A stretch of 64,000 nucleotides of DNA from Podarcis tiliguerta (Eukaryota), in the NCBI GenBank assembly GCA_965153285.1, contig OZ229115.1. One strand, 5' to 3'. Positions 11,892-25,591 of the stretch are shown here, one piece after another; the stretch's first letter is position 1, and every line of letters begins with the position of its first letter. The position numbers and the translations under genes were made by a program. The notes under the pieces were generated by a model, which saw nothing but the letters and a program-made list of their open reading frames with translations, had not been told where the DNA came from and searched no databases.

Positions 11892-13993
11892 TTGGTGGAA
11901 ACTCTTCTCAGAGCAGTTCACCTAGTTCGAGTGTTCCCAACTCCCCTGCTAGTTCGGGACATATCCGACCCAGCTCTTTGCATGGACTAGCACCAAAGCT
12001 TCAACGGCAATATCGATCTCCACGACGTAAATCTGCAGGGAACATTCCTCTCTCGCCACTAGCTCACACGCCCTCGCCAACCCCACAGTCTACGTCGCCT
12101 CAGCGCTCCCCTTCTCCTTTGCCAGGGCATTCAGTTGGCAGTTCAGGCATCATGCAATCATTTCCTGTCAAGCTACACTCCTCCCCACCTCTTGTCCGAC
12201 AGATTTCAAGGCCCAAGAGTGCTGAGCCGCCAAGATCCCCTCTGCTGAAGAGAGTCCAGTCAGCTGAAAAACTTACCTCCTCTCTCTCTTCAGAAAAAAA
12301 GATGTCGTCTTCGCGCAAGCATAGCTTGGACATCTCCCATTCAGAATTCAAAAAGGAGATGCTCCAGAGAGATCCTGGCCTCCAAAGTTGGCAGGAATCC
12401 ATGAGTGAAACAACTGGAGGCAAAGTTGGACTTGCAGAAAAAGGCACCCTGCAGAAACCTTCTTCCAGAAAACTGGGACCTATTCGGCACGACAGGGTGG
12501 AGCGAAGGGAGTCTCTACAGAAGCAGGAGGCCATCACAGAAGTAGATTCTTCTGAAGATGAAACTGACGAAGGATCAGAAGATAGTCAAGATGGGAAGAA
12601 AATGGACAGGCCAGCCTTCAGTAGAGACCACCAAGTTTCTGATCCTTTCTCCGAGGATATGAAGCATTCTTCCAAGTTGGAAAGCAAAGACAGTATGGAG
12701 GATGATGCGTTTCTTCCTGAGGAACCAAAAACTGTCAGTTTGCAGAAAGGGGAGGATCAACACCAACCAAAGGATGTTGCAAGGACACCACTGGCCGGTA
12801 TAGATGAGTCACAATCTGAAGTTTGTGTGAGAACTTCTCCTATTGAAGTTGGTGACTGTGAAGCAGTTAAGCTAACAGATTCTGAAACCCCATTAGAGTC
12901 AGGACAAGGCAATACTCTCAAACTTGCTAATCAGAAATGTGCCTGTTTTGAAGATGCTGAGGACCCTAAACAAACTCTGATTATCCAGGAAAGCATAGAC
13001 TGCCCAGAGCAGGTGAAGTGCCTACCAGTGAGATATCTGCAGCTCGGTCAAGGTGACTGTTCTGGGCTGGCAAGTGGCAAAGAGAACCTGAAGGCATTTG
13101 CTTCTACAGAAACTACTTATATGTTGTCTCATGATATTATGCCTTTGTTAGCACTTTCTCCTTCTACTTGCACAACTAGCACAAGCTCTCTTCCACTAAT
13201 AAGCCAAATGGACTGCAAAGATGCACCTCAGAAACAGGAAGCCCAGTCTGTCAAGGAAAGCACCAGTATTCCGAACCTGACAAGCAGTGGCAAAACATCT
13301 GCACAAAGGTCCCCTGATGCCGAAGAATCACAAGGTTTGTCATCTGCAGCATTAGTTTCAAAACACAAAAGTCATACAAGTGATACAAACTTAAGTTGTC
13401 CTATAGGAAGACCAAGTCCCACACTTGATGCAGCAGCTGAAAATGGAAAATCAGTTTGCCCAGCTCCTTTAGCAATAGGTGCAAAAGGCATGTTGGGCCC
13501 AGGAAATATTAATGTATCTGGCTCAAGAGAACTAGAAAGAACAAGAGAAGAGTTCCCCCCGAAGGACCTGTTTCATATGAAAGAGAGTATGCCAAAGGAA
13601 GAAATGCAGGAAACACTAAAGGAAGGCCCAGGCCCAGTAACAGCCAAACCTTTCAGCATAGGTAGTCTCATTAAAATATGTGGTTCCCATATTGGGTCCG
13701 AAAGCCTAGCAGAGTCTTTGGAGCCAGAGTGTTCAGTGGGAGCAAAAGAGAAGCCAGGGACTGGTAATTCTAAGGTACCTGAAATTTTGGAGGACAGGTG
13801 GCAATTGCCTCCACCTGAAAAACAGGCAGATGGCACAGCAAGGCAGAGCACAGGGGTTTCATCTGGACCAGATTCTAGCCAGAATTCCAAAAAGGAAACT
13901 GCTCTGATGCCAGGAGAAATCGGAGAGGCTGGAGGTCAGTCACAAACAAGAGACTTCCTGTTGTCAGATGGTGACGTCGTGAAGAAAACATAG
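11892..13993 (+). CDS. MAST2: MAST2 terminal coding exon (Ser/Pro-rich C-terminal region, ~700 aa)
   Basis: ttcacag|tt; [19 protein letters not shown]...[22 protein letters not shown]...[20 protein letters not shown]...; stop TAG 13991-13993; corresponds to the 719-aa ORF whose first residues are intronic. Confidence 0.96.
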
Positions 13994-14575
13994 CAACATA
14001 TCTACATTCAGAAGCAAAGACAACATTAGTAGAACACAAGTATAAAACACAAAACTTGTGCAACTTTTTTTGTTGATTTGTGTTTTCACACTCTTGCCTT
14101 TTTCATTCTTGCAATTCTATTTTTGTACTCAGCATTTGATGCCTCTTAGCAGGGTATCTTTAAAGCAAGATTAAAAAATGATTTCCAAACTCCCCCCTCC
14201 CAACATTTCTGGCCCTAAATTTGAAGCATTCTGTTAAATATCTATTTTCTTTCAAAATTCCAGGGAATTACATTTGCCAAATTAGACCACTCACTTGGAA
14301 ATGGCACATTTTGAGCACAAATTCCAAATTTTAGTCCTTGTTTCCAAAATTTTAGGTCATGTCTTTTAAGTTGGCAAGGATTAAAATAAACACTTTTGAT
14401 GGCAGACTATTCTGAATCATTATGCCACCTCACATATTTTCTTACATATCATAGACGTCCAATTTATGTATATCTGTGAGGAAACCTTGTGTCAGCTTGT
14501 GCACCCTCCTTTTAAAAAGAACGTTAAGCAAAACGTCAAAATAAAATCTTTAGTTTATCTTTGTTTTTGTTTTTA
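13994..14575 (+). terminator. MAST2 3' UTR with candidate polyadenylation signals
   Basis: AATAAA at 14385-14390 (overlapping ATTAAA 14380-14385) and at 14540-14545, the latter followed by a U/GU-rich tract; the site actually used is not determinable from sequence. Confidence 0.55.
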
Positions 14576-14693
14576 AAAAGGCTTTGATTTAAAAGATTAC
14601 TTCTTTTTCTCCCTTTTTAGAATTTTTAATCCCTTTTGCTCAAAGTAGTCAGTAACCTCAAAAGAGGCACATGGTGCTTCAGTTATGCTAACT

Positions 14694-14831
14694 CAGGAGT
14701 AAGGGGCCTGTAGGCTTTCACTGTAATTGCTAACTACATCTCCCATCATCCCTGACTATTGGTCATGCTGGCTAGGACTGATGGGAGTTGCAGTCCAGTA
14801 ACCCCTGGAGGCCACAGGTTCCCCACCCCTG
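14694..14831. mobile_element. Decayed hAT-type MITE
   Basis: actacatctcccatcatccctga...gatgggagttgcagtcc...ggttccccacccctg, same family as the 24858 copy; left end approximate. Confidence 0.6.
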
Positions 14832-15771
14832 CTTTAGCAACCTAAGCTAATTTACTTTACTGACATGTTGCTGTGAGAGGCAAACATTTGGGACTATCAC
14901 GCCCCCAGTCTTATGGAGCTATCTTGATTGTTGTGGACGAAAGTTAAAATCCAGTGAAGTGTTCTCATTTGACTTTGTGAGTGAGAGAAGTGATCTTCAT
15001 TGATTCATCAGGAGGCAGCTAAGACCAAACCGTGTCTAGGTGAAATAGTCCCGTTAGCATTAGTGTCTCTTTCCCAAGTGTAAGTAGGTAATTCAGTAAA
15101 TTGATCCTTCAGTCATATAGAAAGTTTATTATAATTCAACGGTCCCTTCCATTGTTTAATCCACCTTCTACCTTTCTTAAATGTCTATATTTTCTAAGTA
15201 ACCTTTTGAATGTTTTTGAAAGTTCAACATGAGTTGGTGCTTTTTGCTTAAAGACATCTGAGTCTATGATACTGCACTGATACATACAGTATAGCACTAG
15301 CAGCAGCATTTCAAGTATATTACTTATTGAATCTAATTACAGTTTATAGGCAAAAGTAACCATTTCCATAAACTCCACAATACTTACAGCCTTGCCTAAC
15401 AGAATGCATCTGTGTGTGTCTGTGTGAGCAGAGAAAGTAATTATTTGCATAGTCTGCTGTTCTACCTACAGAGGTGATCACATGTTGATTAATAGCTCTC
15501 CAGGGCAAGCACTGCAATTCATTACAGCACAGCTTTATTGCTCAGCCAGGTTTCTGATATGAAGGCTCTTCCTGCACCATTTCTCCTTACAAGAGCCTAC
15601 ATGTACTTTTTGACTAGGAATATGCTCTTAAATCCTTAATTTATTATAATCTCATTTCAAGTCTGTCTTGCCCAAACTCCCTGATTCCCTGATTCTCCCC
15701 ACTACATACCCAATTATTTGGTTTTAGTTTTGGACCAATTTATTTTTGATTTGAGGTTTTCTTTATATTAG

Positions 15772-15773
<2 letters not shown>

Positions 15774-15818
<45 letters not shown>

Positions 15819-15825
15819 AAGGGAA

Positions 15826-15857
<32 letters not shown>
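15774..15857. repeat. Paired (TG)20 and (GT)15 microsatellites flanking an AATAAA
   Basis: Seen directly; AATAAA at 15815-15820. Confidence 0.95.
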
Positions 15858-15858
<1 letters not shown>

Positions 15859-17656
15859 GTAATGCTGCAGAAAGATCCATTGGCTTTCTCATATAGAACT
15901 TGAAGCTTCAGTACTCACAACTTCAATAGTAGTTCCCCACAATGATTTAAGATCTGCTAATCTCTTTAATCCTGCCACCAGTGCACAATAGCTAAATTTA
16001 TGCATTAACATTTTTAAAATAAACCATTAGGCTTTCCTCCATCCAGCCACACCTTTATCTTACCAGCCTTTCCTATCACTTTGCTGTGTTGCCCTCAGAA
16101 CAGAGGCAACTGGGGCTTCAGTGAATACATACATTTAGAGAAAGGGAATTGATGGCATAGCCACTCAGAAATGCACATTAACTTGAATAATGTAAAAATA
16201 TTAAATGCATTGATTTACACTGTGTGAATTTGAGCCCCGGGGATGGATAATGTAGCTTCAAACATACCTTGTAGCATCTGTTTACACAAAGGCAGCCAAA
16301 GGATTTATATCTCTAGTTTAGCCAAATAAAGCATATTGGGCCACCTCATTTCTGTATAGATGCCACTTAGATATTACCTTTTTATGTATTCATTCTACCA
16401 TTACCAGGAAATCTATGTAATTGTTAAAGCCTGCAGAAGCCTTTATTTTTCATGTTACTTGATATATTCCTGTAACTGTTGTCCCACTTCAGTAAAAATG
16501 ATTGGCCACAAAATATCGCTGCAATGAAACCACATGGCAGTAAATCAGATGTATTCTTTGGACATCTAATATATATATATATTGAAGTGTTCAGACAATC
16601 ATGATGTTTCTGAGGGAAAAATTTAAGGTCTTAGGCTTAATATTTTTAAGTGCTTATCAGGAGGCAGCATGTGACGAGAGCTGAACTGATGTTACCATGT
16701 TGAGGAGACAGGTGTTTGCATAACTATAGTCTAGTTAAGCCACTATATGTATACAATATTGATCCAGTTAGCTGAGACTGATCTCCATGATGTTCCATGA
16801 ATGGGGGTGATTGGATAACTTTGTTTAGGCATGCAGTATACACAGTCCCCTTAGCAAGTTGCTTTCCCACTTTCTCTTATTTTTGTTTGGTGTCTAGATT
16901 TTCAACTTTAGTTTCCTTCATACAGCCTTTAAACCTTTCAATATCCAGCTGGTGCATTTCTCAGCAATACTTCACACCATTATATGGTGCATCTAAAACC
17001 ATCAAATAGATATTAAGTGTAAATATTAGACTTTCGCCTTGCCTAAAAACCACTCCTGGGGAACAATGCCTAAGACTTTTTGGTGTTATGCTACGGAAGA
17101 ATACTCAACATAGACAGGGTAAAAGGAATGACCTGTGGGGCTTTTTTCTCTCATTAGCACTGAATTAAGGTGTTCTTTGGGATTTTTGTTTGTTTCTTCC
17201 TGTGGGGAGGATTGTGTCTTTCTCCAGTTTTCTCTTACTGGACATGAAGGATGATGCCGTACTTCTAGTGGGTGATTTTACAGCTGTGTGTGTGTTTACA
17301 TTGTGTTTTGGTTTTTGTTATTCTGGAGGCTGTGAGCCCACCTTTCAAGATGGGCTTCAATTTCAAGTTGGTGCCAATCAGCACCTGACTAGCAGAAACA
17401 TAATGTTGGGATATAAGTGTTTTTAGAAACTTGAACAATTGCCACATAATAGAGGTGCAATAATTTTTATTCCTGTTGTACCTGCATGTTGATGTTCAAA
17501 TACTCCTGAAATACACTTCATTTTTTTTACATAAACCCGTGTCCATTTCTTAATTATTTATCTTCAGAGGTTTTCCCATGATACGTTGCATTAATCCTGT
17601 GTTTCACTTGATACATGCTGAGTGTCCTGCAGCAACCCTAATGGGCTTTGGTACAG

Positions 17657-17945
17657 TGGTTCAGTTCACATGTTGTAGCAAACTATACTTAGTGGTTTAC
17701 TGTAAACACAAAGATTGCTTCCACTTAGTTCATCCCTTAGTGGGAGCTACAAGCCACCATCCCTGGCTTGGCATTATGCCTGAGCCAGTGAATCCCCTCC
17801 CCCCCAAACCATGATGGGTAAGCCAAGAAGAAACCTTTGTTTCACACCCTGGTTTGTTTGGAGCAAAACAAATGTAGTACTAAGCCAGGTATTGTGATTC
17901 ATTGGTCCCTCTTAACTCTGTTTTATGATATGCAAATGCAACCAA
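17657..17945. mobile_element. Decayed non-autonomous DNA element (Harbinger-like, aaccatg/ggtttg motifs)
   Basis: Repeated aaacc/ggttt/aagcc motifs like the 47203 element; ends uncertain. Confidence 0.35.
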
Positions 17946-20900
17946 TGGGTGGATGCATATAAGACTTGCCAGTTGATAATGTACTTCAGTGTTCATGTCA
18001 ACTGTTTCTTGATACTGTAGACTTCGTGCCAGTGTTATATGTACTGTGGTAATTTACCACTTGGTAAGTGGTCACCTGCATTCACTCCTGTTCTTCCATG
18101 AACTCTAGTTGTTTCATCATAACATAGTTCAATATACTAGCAGCCTGGGAAGATGGCCATGGGTGGCGGGTGCAGTTTTATTTGAGCAGTCATCCTATGC
18201 TTTCCTACCACTAATATGCAACATATTTCCATACAAGTACTATGCTTGGGCATCATGTAAAATGAGCTCTGTAATTCCATAGTCTTGTGGTGATATAGAC
18301 AGCCAGACACAGTACCCACATGAGAAATAAATGTAGAGCTATAAAAACCTTAAGAGGGCAGTGCCTGGGAGCTATCACCCTCTCTCCATTGTGTTCCTGC
18401 AGCAAAGGCTTAGGCCGCTGTGCAACAATTTAGTCCCTGCCACATTCCATTCCTGTACCTCGTGAGAGAAAGGGAACTATTTGCTCAAGAGAAGAGGAAG
18501 ACAACAGCTATTCCTCTCCGTATAATGCTGAAATGAAGTTACAGCTTTCAGCAGGCACCATCTTCTTACGAAGTAAGCCAGCTGTTTGTTCTGGATGTAA
18601 AGCAACTGGGGACCAAGGCCTTTACATTGCTTTAAAGCATGTTTTATAGTTATTCCCTGCCCCGTCCCCAAAGAATTACGGGCGCTGTGTTTTGTTAAGG
18701 GTTGCTGGGAATTGTAACTTGGTGAAGGATAAACTACAGTGTCTAGAATTCTTTGGGGGGGACGACACACATGCTGTTCAAATGTAGTCAAGGGGGGGCA
18801 CGTTGTTCAAATGTGGTCAAAAGGTATTCTGCGTATGCAGCCATGGACGTAGGCTAACAACCATCTTAAGCACAACCACAAGGTGCTGATTCCAAGCTGC
18901 TCTAGGAGGCAGGTGGTCCCTCCTCCCAATATTAGCTCTTGGCTCACCAATGGCATGGCTTGCATATTTTTCACCACATAGAAAGGCCTTCATACTGCTG
19001 TTTGTTTCTTTGTACACACCTATCCTGCAACTCCTGAGGGGAATTGAGAGCTGTTTGCTCCGAAGAGGAAAGGCTAAGGGCTTCAATAGGCCTGGCCTGC
19101 CTCTGTAAGGCACTGGGGTAGAGAATAAACGGGCCAAAGCAGCCACACTGCTCATGACAGCCCTGAGGTAAAAAAGGCGGGAAAGCAGGAGAGGCCTATA
19201 GCACCTTGATGGAGCATAGCTCTAGTTGCTGCTTGATGCCGTGTTACACCTGCTGAGGTGAGGGATGCAGTGCTGGCCGCCACTATGATGGAGATTATGA
19301 TCACTGTCACCTGGGAACTAGGCCACATTTCAAAAGGTAAGGAAAAGGAGCAAAAACTACACAGTAGAAAAAAGAATATTGTCCAATGTGCTTCAGATCA
19401 CTCTGGTCCTTCCTTAGGGAAACTATAATTTTTTTAAAAATATAATTACCCAAACTGAATACTGTATAAAGAAGCTCTTCATAAACAATATGTAAATATC
19501 ATGATCATCTTAGAAAGAACCACTATTCAAAAGAAAATATACAAGTGTAAATATTTTAAGAACATTTGTTCTTTTGACTATCATAAAAACAGAATACATA
19601 TGTGTATATGCAATAACAAAGGTAGGTTACTTGCTCAAATAGACATTCAATATTTTTTCATACCTGCACTACTACACCAAACGGCAATCAAGTGTAGCTG
19701 TTGACACTGCAAAATGTCATGCGATGTGGCAGAGTTGGGCAAATCATGGGTTGCTAGGTTAAACAGGGCAGCCTAAGGACATTTTTTTTTGCCTAAAACA
19801 AAGATGGTGTGTGGCCCCCGCCTTCCTCATGCACAAAACGTTGAATCTTGGGGGGGGTGTGTCCTTTTAATTGCACATTCATTATGATTTTCATTAATTA
19901 TGGTACTAGGCTGGCTACATGCAATCCTACTTTCAATACTCTGTGCCTGCATGTCCCATACTGCATGTCCCATAACTTCGTGCTAAAATTTTGTAATTTT
20001 TTATACCACAAATATTCCATTTGTTGTTGTTTTTTTGGTCCCACTTCTGCTGCATTATAGCCACAAAAGTACATCTCCAGGCAGAAATAATGAGGTAGCA
20101 TTGAGGAAGCATCATGGAACAACTAATAAGTGATGTGTGGATGGTCCCATATAGATCTGCCACCCAGAGTAGTTGCTTCGCTCTGCCTAATGGTAGGGCT
20201 GGCTCTGCTGAGCAGCTGATTTGCTTTCCTCCCAGACCAGAAGGCAAGTATGTGAGAGAAGATGTGCTGCAGAAAATAGGTCCTTGCAAGCCTTTTTCAC
20301 TTCAGCTTTCCTGCTCTTCGTGTAATTGGGAAAAGCAAAGTGCAGCAAGCTGTGTCAGAAGAGGAATGCTGCCGCTCCTCAGAAGTGCTAACCAAAGCAC
20401 ATCCCAAGTGGTGTATTTCTCTTCCAATAGAAATAAACTGCTGGAATAAAGCTCAAACAGTGCCACATCAGAAATATGCTGCCTATTGGTTAATAGGGCT
20501 CAACTGAGAAGTGTGGGGAAGCACTTCTTGTGATGTGTATTAGCTCAGGGTCTAGAGTGGGAGAAAATCAGATGCCTCATGTGTGATATCAGGACCTTGC
20601 CCAATTTAATAACTCCAAGAGGACCTGATCTTGCCCCACAAGCCAGGAGACATGGAATAGGAGTTTACTGTAAGAAGCTAGCCTTTTCTGGTCACAAGGT
20701 AATTAAATGTGTGATTGATTTTGTGCTTTATAGTACACACTGGCAAGCTGGGTAGGTAGTCCTGATTGCCCAGTGCCAGAAACATACACACTAGATCCAC
20801 AACACCACCCCTCAAACGGTCTAGTGTATGGTACTGATGGAACTGCAGTGGAAATCCTACGTGTTGGAATTCAGGAGAAAGCTATGCCATACTTCAAACA

Positions 20901-21377
20901 TTGCATTGTGCATGTGTTGTTCTATGCTCAGTTTTAAGAGGCATTGTTAAGTACTGAGTATGATTGGTTGAAGTGGAGAGGGGGGAGAGATGTTGCTGGA
21001 CACCAACAATGTCACAAAGTATATCCGTTGGGTACCCTAATGTTAGTACGACGTCATTTCACTTACAAAATGTAATAGCAATGAACAGGCTATGCAGGTT
21101 GGATGGGGGAAAGTTTCCTCTTTCCCCATATATTGCAGCCATGTTCCAGTTATAAATAAACAAAGAATTCAGCAGGAAAGAGGACAGGGAGAAAACTGGA
21201 AATACAGTTAGCTCCACCTACTGTTCTTGCTTCCCACCCTACCAGCTACAGTGGGCAACACCCACCACTGTTGTTACAAGAGTTCTCTGCAGACTTGATC
21301 TGTTGTTGCATCTACAGCAGTGGAAGTTGAATGATCTCCACTGAAATCAATAGGTTCCCCTACATGCCACTAGCCTT

Positions 21378-21392
21378 CCACTAGAGGGCAGC
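21378..21392 (+). promoter_or_regulatory. CTCF core motif
   Basis: CCACTAGAGGGCAGC matches CCASYAGRKGGCRS. Confidence 0.6.
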
Positions 21393-22218
21393 ATTGTTGC
21401 ACAAGAATAAAATGCATTGGCTAAATCTTGGGGATTTCCCCCTCTTCTGTGTTAAATATGACCACTGGTGCCATTACTTAGATCCATCATGTGTGGCATC
21501 ACAGTACGGCATAGCCCACTGCTGATGCAACTATTTCTCCTTAAACAAGAAAATCACCTTATGCTTGTTTTCTATAGGGCAGCTAACTCACCAAGTCTGT
21601 GCTGTGAAGTACTGTACTGGCTGTAGGTATCAGACAGTCACTGACCCTTTGGAGATTTCAGCACCTGTTCAGTTGTTTTCAACTGTTTCTAATGTTTTAA
21701 TGTTGTAACCTGGACTGGGACCTTAAAGTGAAGAGTGGGAAATAAATAAATAAAAATCGGAAGACATCTTTAATCCACTAGGTCTCCCAGAAGATAATCC
21801 TGGCCTGGTTAATTATGAAATAGTAAAATTGTATTTAAATAGGTTTCTACTTGGTTATTAATATATTTTATTTACCGGTATTTCTCTTTTTACATCACTT
21901 TGATATTCTTTTGAATATAACGTGATTAATTTTTTTCTAAATTAATGCTGTACAATAATAGGCAGATTGCACAATAGTAATAAAAATAAGCAAATTGCAT
22001 GATTAGCTTTGAATTAGGGCTACCATATTAACAAGAAACACACACAAATAATCCCACCCTCTCTTCCCTGGAAGTAGCCACCCTTTCTGAATTTAAAAAG
22101 TTATTAAATTATTAAGAAATGTACTGTGTTTTAAATTATTTAGTAATGTAGTAAAAAAAATCTTGTTATACAAATTCATTACCCCAACTGATTTAAAATG
22201 CACATCTTTTTTCTGCCG

Positions 22219-22320
22219 CCTTGTTGGATCCGGCCAAAGGTCTTCTTAGTCCAGCACCCTAATTTCACAGTGGCCAACCAAATGCCTATGGGAAGGAAGC
22301 CTGTAAGCAGGATCTGAGTT
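22219..22320 (-). mobile_element. CR1-like LINE 3' fragment
   Basis: ggatccggccaaagg...tagtccagcac...cacagtggccaaccaaatgcctatggg; similar copy at 29711. Confidence 0.55.
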
Positions 22321-23185
22321 ATTTGGTCATATGTTGTTTCTATCATCCTGATATTTTAAATATCCTGGAATGCATTTGGAAAAAATGTATACAGTGCTAC
22401 AAATAAGCTTGGTGCCTCTGACATGTCAACAGTTATAATGGGCCACCTGGGTGTCAATGACATTCACAAACATATTTTAATAAATATAGTCATTAATGGA
22501 GGTAGCCATAAATGGCAAATTCAGAAATGATTCTTGAAAGGAGGGTGCAGTAACTAACTACTCTATAGAACATTATTTGGTGTTTACTGTTCTTAATTAT
22601 CAAGGGCACAATCTTTAGAGTTGCATGAGCATCATCCTTAGGAATAGAAGTTTATAATGCTGGGAAATGTTCAGAGGGAGGAAACTGCAGTTATAACAGG
22701 CCCGGCTGGAAAGTTTTCAGGTTTTTCAGTTTTTCAGTAAATGAAGATTTCACGAATCCTTTTGGAAAGCTGAAAATGCGAAGATCGAGCAAGCATTGAA
22801 ACCAGAGTTTTTTACCACCAACACCTAGACCTGCACTTCTAAGTACTTGCCACTTCCTGCAGGCGCCACCTACCTATCTCAGGCACCTGCCACAACCACT
22901 CCTCCTTCCCTGTGCTCCTTCCCTGTGCACAAACCACTTCCCTGTGCTCCCACACCATGCAAGGTAGCATTCTGCTGCAGCAGGCCCCTGTTGCTGGAGG
23001 AGTGGCAAAGTGGCTGCTGTAGGGCTAGCTTGTGTTCACTGGTGCCCAAGTTCTTTAGGTCACAAGTAATGAAGCAAACAGGCATGTGAGTGGCAGTTGC
23101 TTCCTATATTAAATATGCCACCATGCCACACCCCCTTGTTCCTTATTGTCTGCCTCTCTTGGCCACATGGCATAGCCAAGTACGC

Positions 23186-23200
23186 ACACAAGATGGCAGT
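23186..23200 (+). promoter_or_regulatory. CTCF-like motif (also YY1-like AAGATGGC)
   Basis: ACACAAGATGGCAGT. Confidence 0.35.
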
Positions 23201-24857
23201 GGGCAGCAGTGTCAAGTACTTTCTGGTACTTTGTACTATACCCCCTACTAGTCTATAACGTCTAGTAGGTACATAGCTATGATGACCAGTAACAGGCCTG
23301 GTTAATAATTTATCTCTGTGTCTGAAACTGGAGCACATTTTGATGGTGGGTTGATTCAGGAAAAAAGCAGCTAGAGACTGGGAGGAAGGGAGCTTTGAGG
23401 CTTTTAATGGCTTTTGTGGTTGTGGTAGATGACTGGGATTTAAATTCAGGGACTAGGAGAGGGCTTCCATGTGCCCCAATGTGGTGGGAAACGGAGACAA
23501 GCAGAAGTAGCAAGAAAGAGGAAAATTTTTGGGAGTAATATGGCGTGCTTAAGGGAAATATGAAACCCCAGGGTGGCAGTTTGTGGGTGGTCCCTGCTAA
23601 TAAATCTCTTTGATTGTATTTGGCTATATGTAAAGTATTGGAAGCTTGACCTTCATCCTAAGATTTTGGGAAAGGGTGGATGCTAAATCTCCCCTACTCT
23701 ATACTCTGGGCAATTCATGGTAGGTGGGGGCTCCCCTATGCTTTACTTGCATATATTTGGTGACCCAGTCCTCCCCAGGCACTCCCCCCCCCACACTCTT
23801 CTGTTCCTGCTCTGACCGTCCCACCTACTCACTCTTTCCTTGCCTCAGTCCTCAAGTCCTTTCCATAAAATTGCAAATTACCCTGTCCCACCACTTGTCT
23901 TATATTGCACAATTAGCTTCAAATCAGGGCTGCCGCACACACAAACAATTCTGCTCACTTTCTCTTCTCTGTAAGTAGTCACCCTCTTCAAAATTAAAAA
24001 GTTATTAGAGAAACAATCTGGTCAATAATTCAGCTTAAAATCTATGAAAAATCCCCTCCCTGTCAGCTTTCTAAGTTGCCAGCTGGAAGGTGCCCAACAA
24101 GAAAATTACTGAAACAAAACCGTCTGTCATTCCCAAGGGACCAGAAAAGATTTTTTCCCTTCTCCCTTTCCCCTTCTTGTTTGCTACATTTTAAAAATAA
24201 ATATGAAGCATCAGGCAGATTGTTCTAAAGAGTCCTTCAAGTATTGGTTTCTCACACTGCGTTATGAAAGACTTTTGCCTTCAGGCACAGACTAATAAAC
24301 AGATAATAACACAGGGGGCAATGTCCCATGCTGCAGCTTATTTTCATAACTTTCATTTACTTTTCCTATAAATGTTTCATTTTTCAACCAGGAGGAAGAG
24401 AGGAGGACTGGCAGAGGTCTCACAACAGTGGTGCCAGTGGTGCAGACTTGCTCCTAATTAGAAATAGCAAGGGATTGGGCAGGCAGAGCAGTGTAGGAAA
24501 TGCACAGCAAGCCCCTTCCTTAGAAACGTAGCTCCCCTCAAGTGGGGAAAGTGTTGGAATCAATGTATAGGCATAGTCCCCACCCCACCCCCACTTTATT
24601 ATTCTCTTTGAAATGAGAGTGAGAGTGGCTCATGCATTCACACATATTCCCATGGAAATCTTCAAAAATTGAAAGAAACTGCATTGTGTTGGACATACGC
24701 AGAGAGGCTTTTGTGGGTTATAAGTGAAGGGTCATGCCTAGCCACTACCTGGTATGCGGCATGGGGTCCTCAGAGAATGAACAAGGTGCCCAACAGGTTG
24801 AGGACCTTTGAGAAGCAGGTGTGGTCCTCTGGAACTAGTACTGAGGATCCCCTAGAG

Positions 24858-24994
24858 CAGGCTTCCTCAACCTCGGCCCTCCAGATGTTTTTGGCCTACA
24901 ACTCCCATGATCCCTAGCTAGCAGGACCAGTGGTCAAGGATGATGGTAATTGTAGTCTCAAAACATCTGGAGGGGCCGAGGTTGAGGAAGCCTG
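24858..24994. mobile_element. Young hAT (Charlie-like) MITE, 137 bp
   Basis: TIRs caggcttcctcaacctcggcc / ggccgaggttgaggaagcctg; perfect 8-bp TSD ccctagag at 24850-24857 and 24995-25002. Confidence 0.92.
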
Positions 24995-25121
24995 CCCTAG
25001 AGGAGCGCTCCAGAGAAAGTTCCTTGGAGCTGTCAGGGGAAGAGGTAGAGCCACCCCACAGTCCTTGGGCTTGCTAGTACCAAAAGGTTGTAGGTCCAGG
25101 CCAAAGAGCGACAACATAGCA

Positions 25122-25591
25122 TGTGACAGTGGGCCCAGAGTTGTTGCACAGATAGTAAGTGATCTACTCATGAGTAAGAAATCACCAAATCTCTCTTCTA
25201 AGTACCAGCAGCTGTTGTTAGGGTGTGATCTAGGAAGCCAGGATATATAAGGTCACACTCTTGAGCCTTCCATGTACTGGAAGTAACACAGGTCTTTGGT
25301 GCCTTTTTTTCTAATTTGAGTCCCCACTCCTTGCTGTAGAGTATGGTATCTTACTTGAAGTCCCTGTGAGGTTGACCTTGCACTGTTGCTTGACCTTGCC
25401 TGTGGATTACTGCGCTGCAGCTACAACCCTGTCCTTGTTGGTGAGTGTTTTGCTTAATAGGCTTATACCTTGTGAAATTTGGCCCCCAGCTCCCGAGGGC
25501 ACCCACCTGAGTGTGGCAGCAAGGATAGGAAAAGAAAGACTATTAGAAAGACACTGATGTTTCTGGTTGAGAGTGACCCTACCATGTCACA
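25122..25591 (+). mobile_element. Candidate solo LTR
   Basis: TGTGACA...TGTCACA inverted termini, internal TATATAA near 25244, ~470 bp; no TSD found. Confidence 0.35.

Noticed and set aside
12100-13890. Antisense ORFs of 145, 63 and 105 aa
   Set aside because: Shadows of the MAST2 coding strand with no independent features
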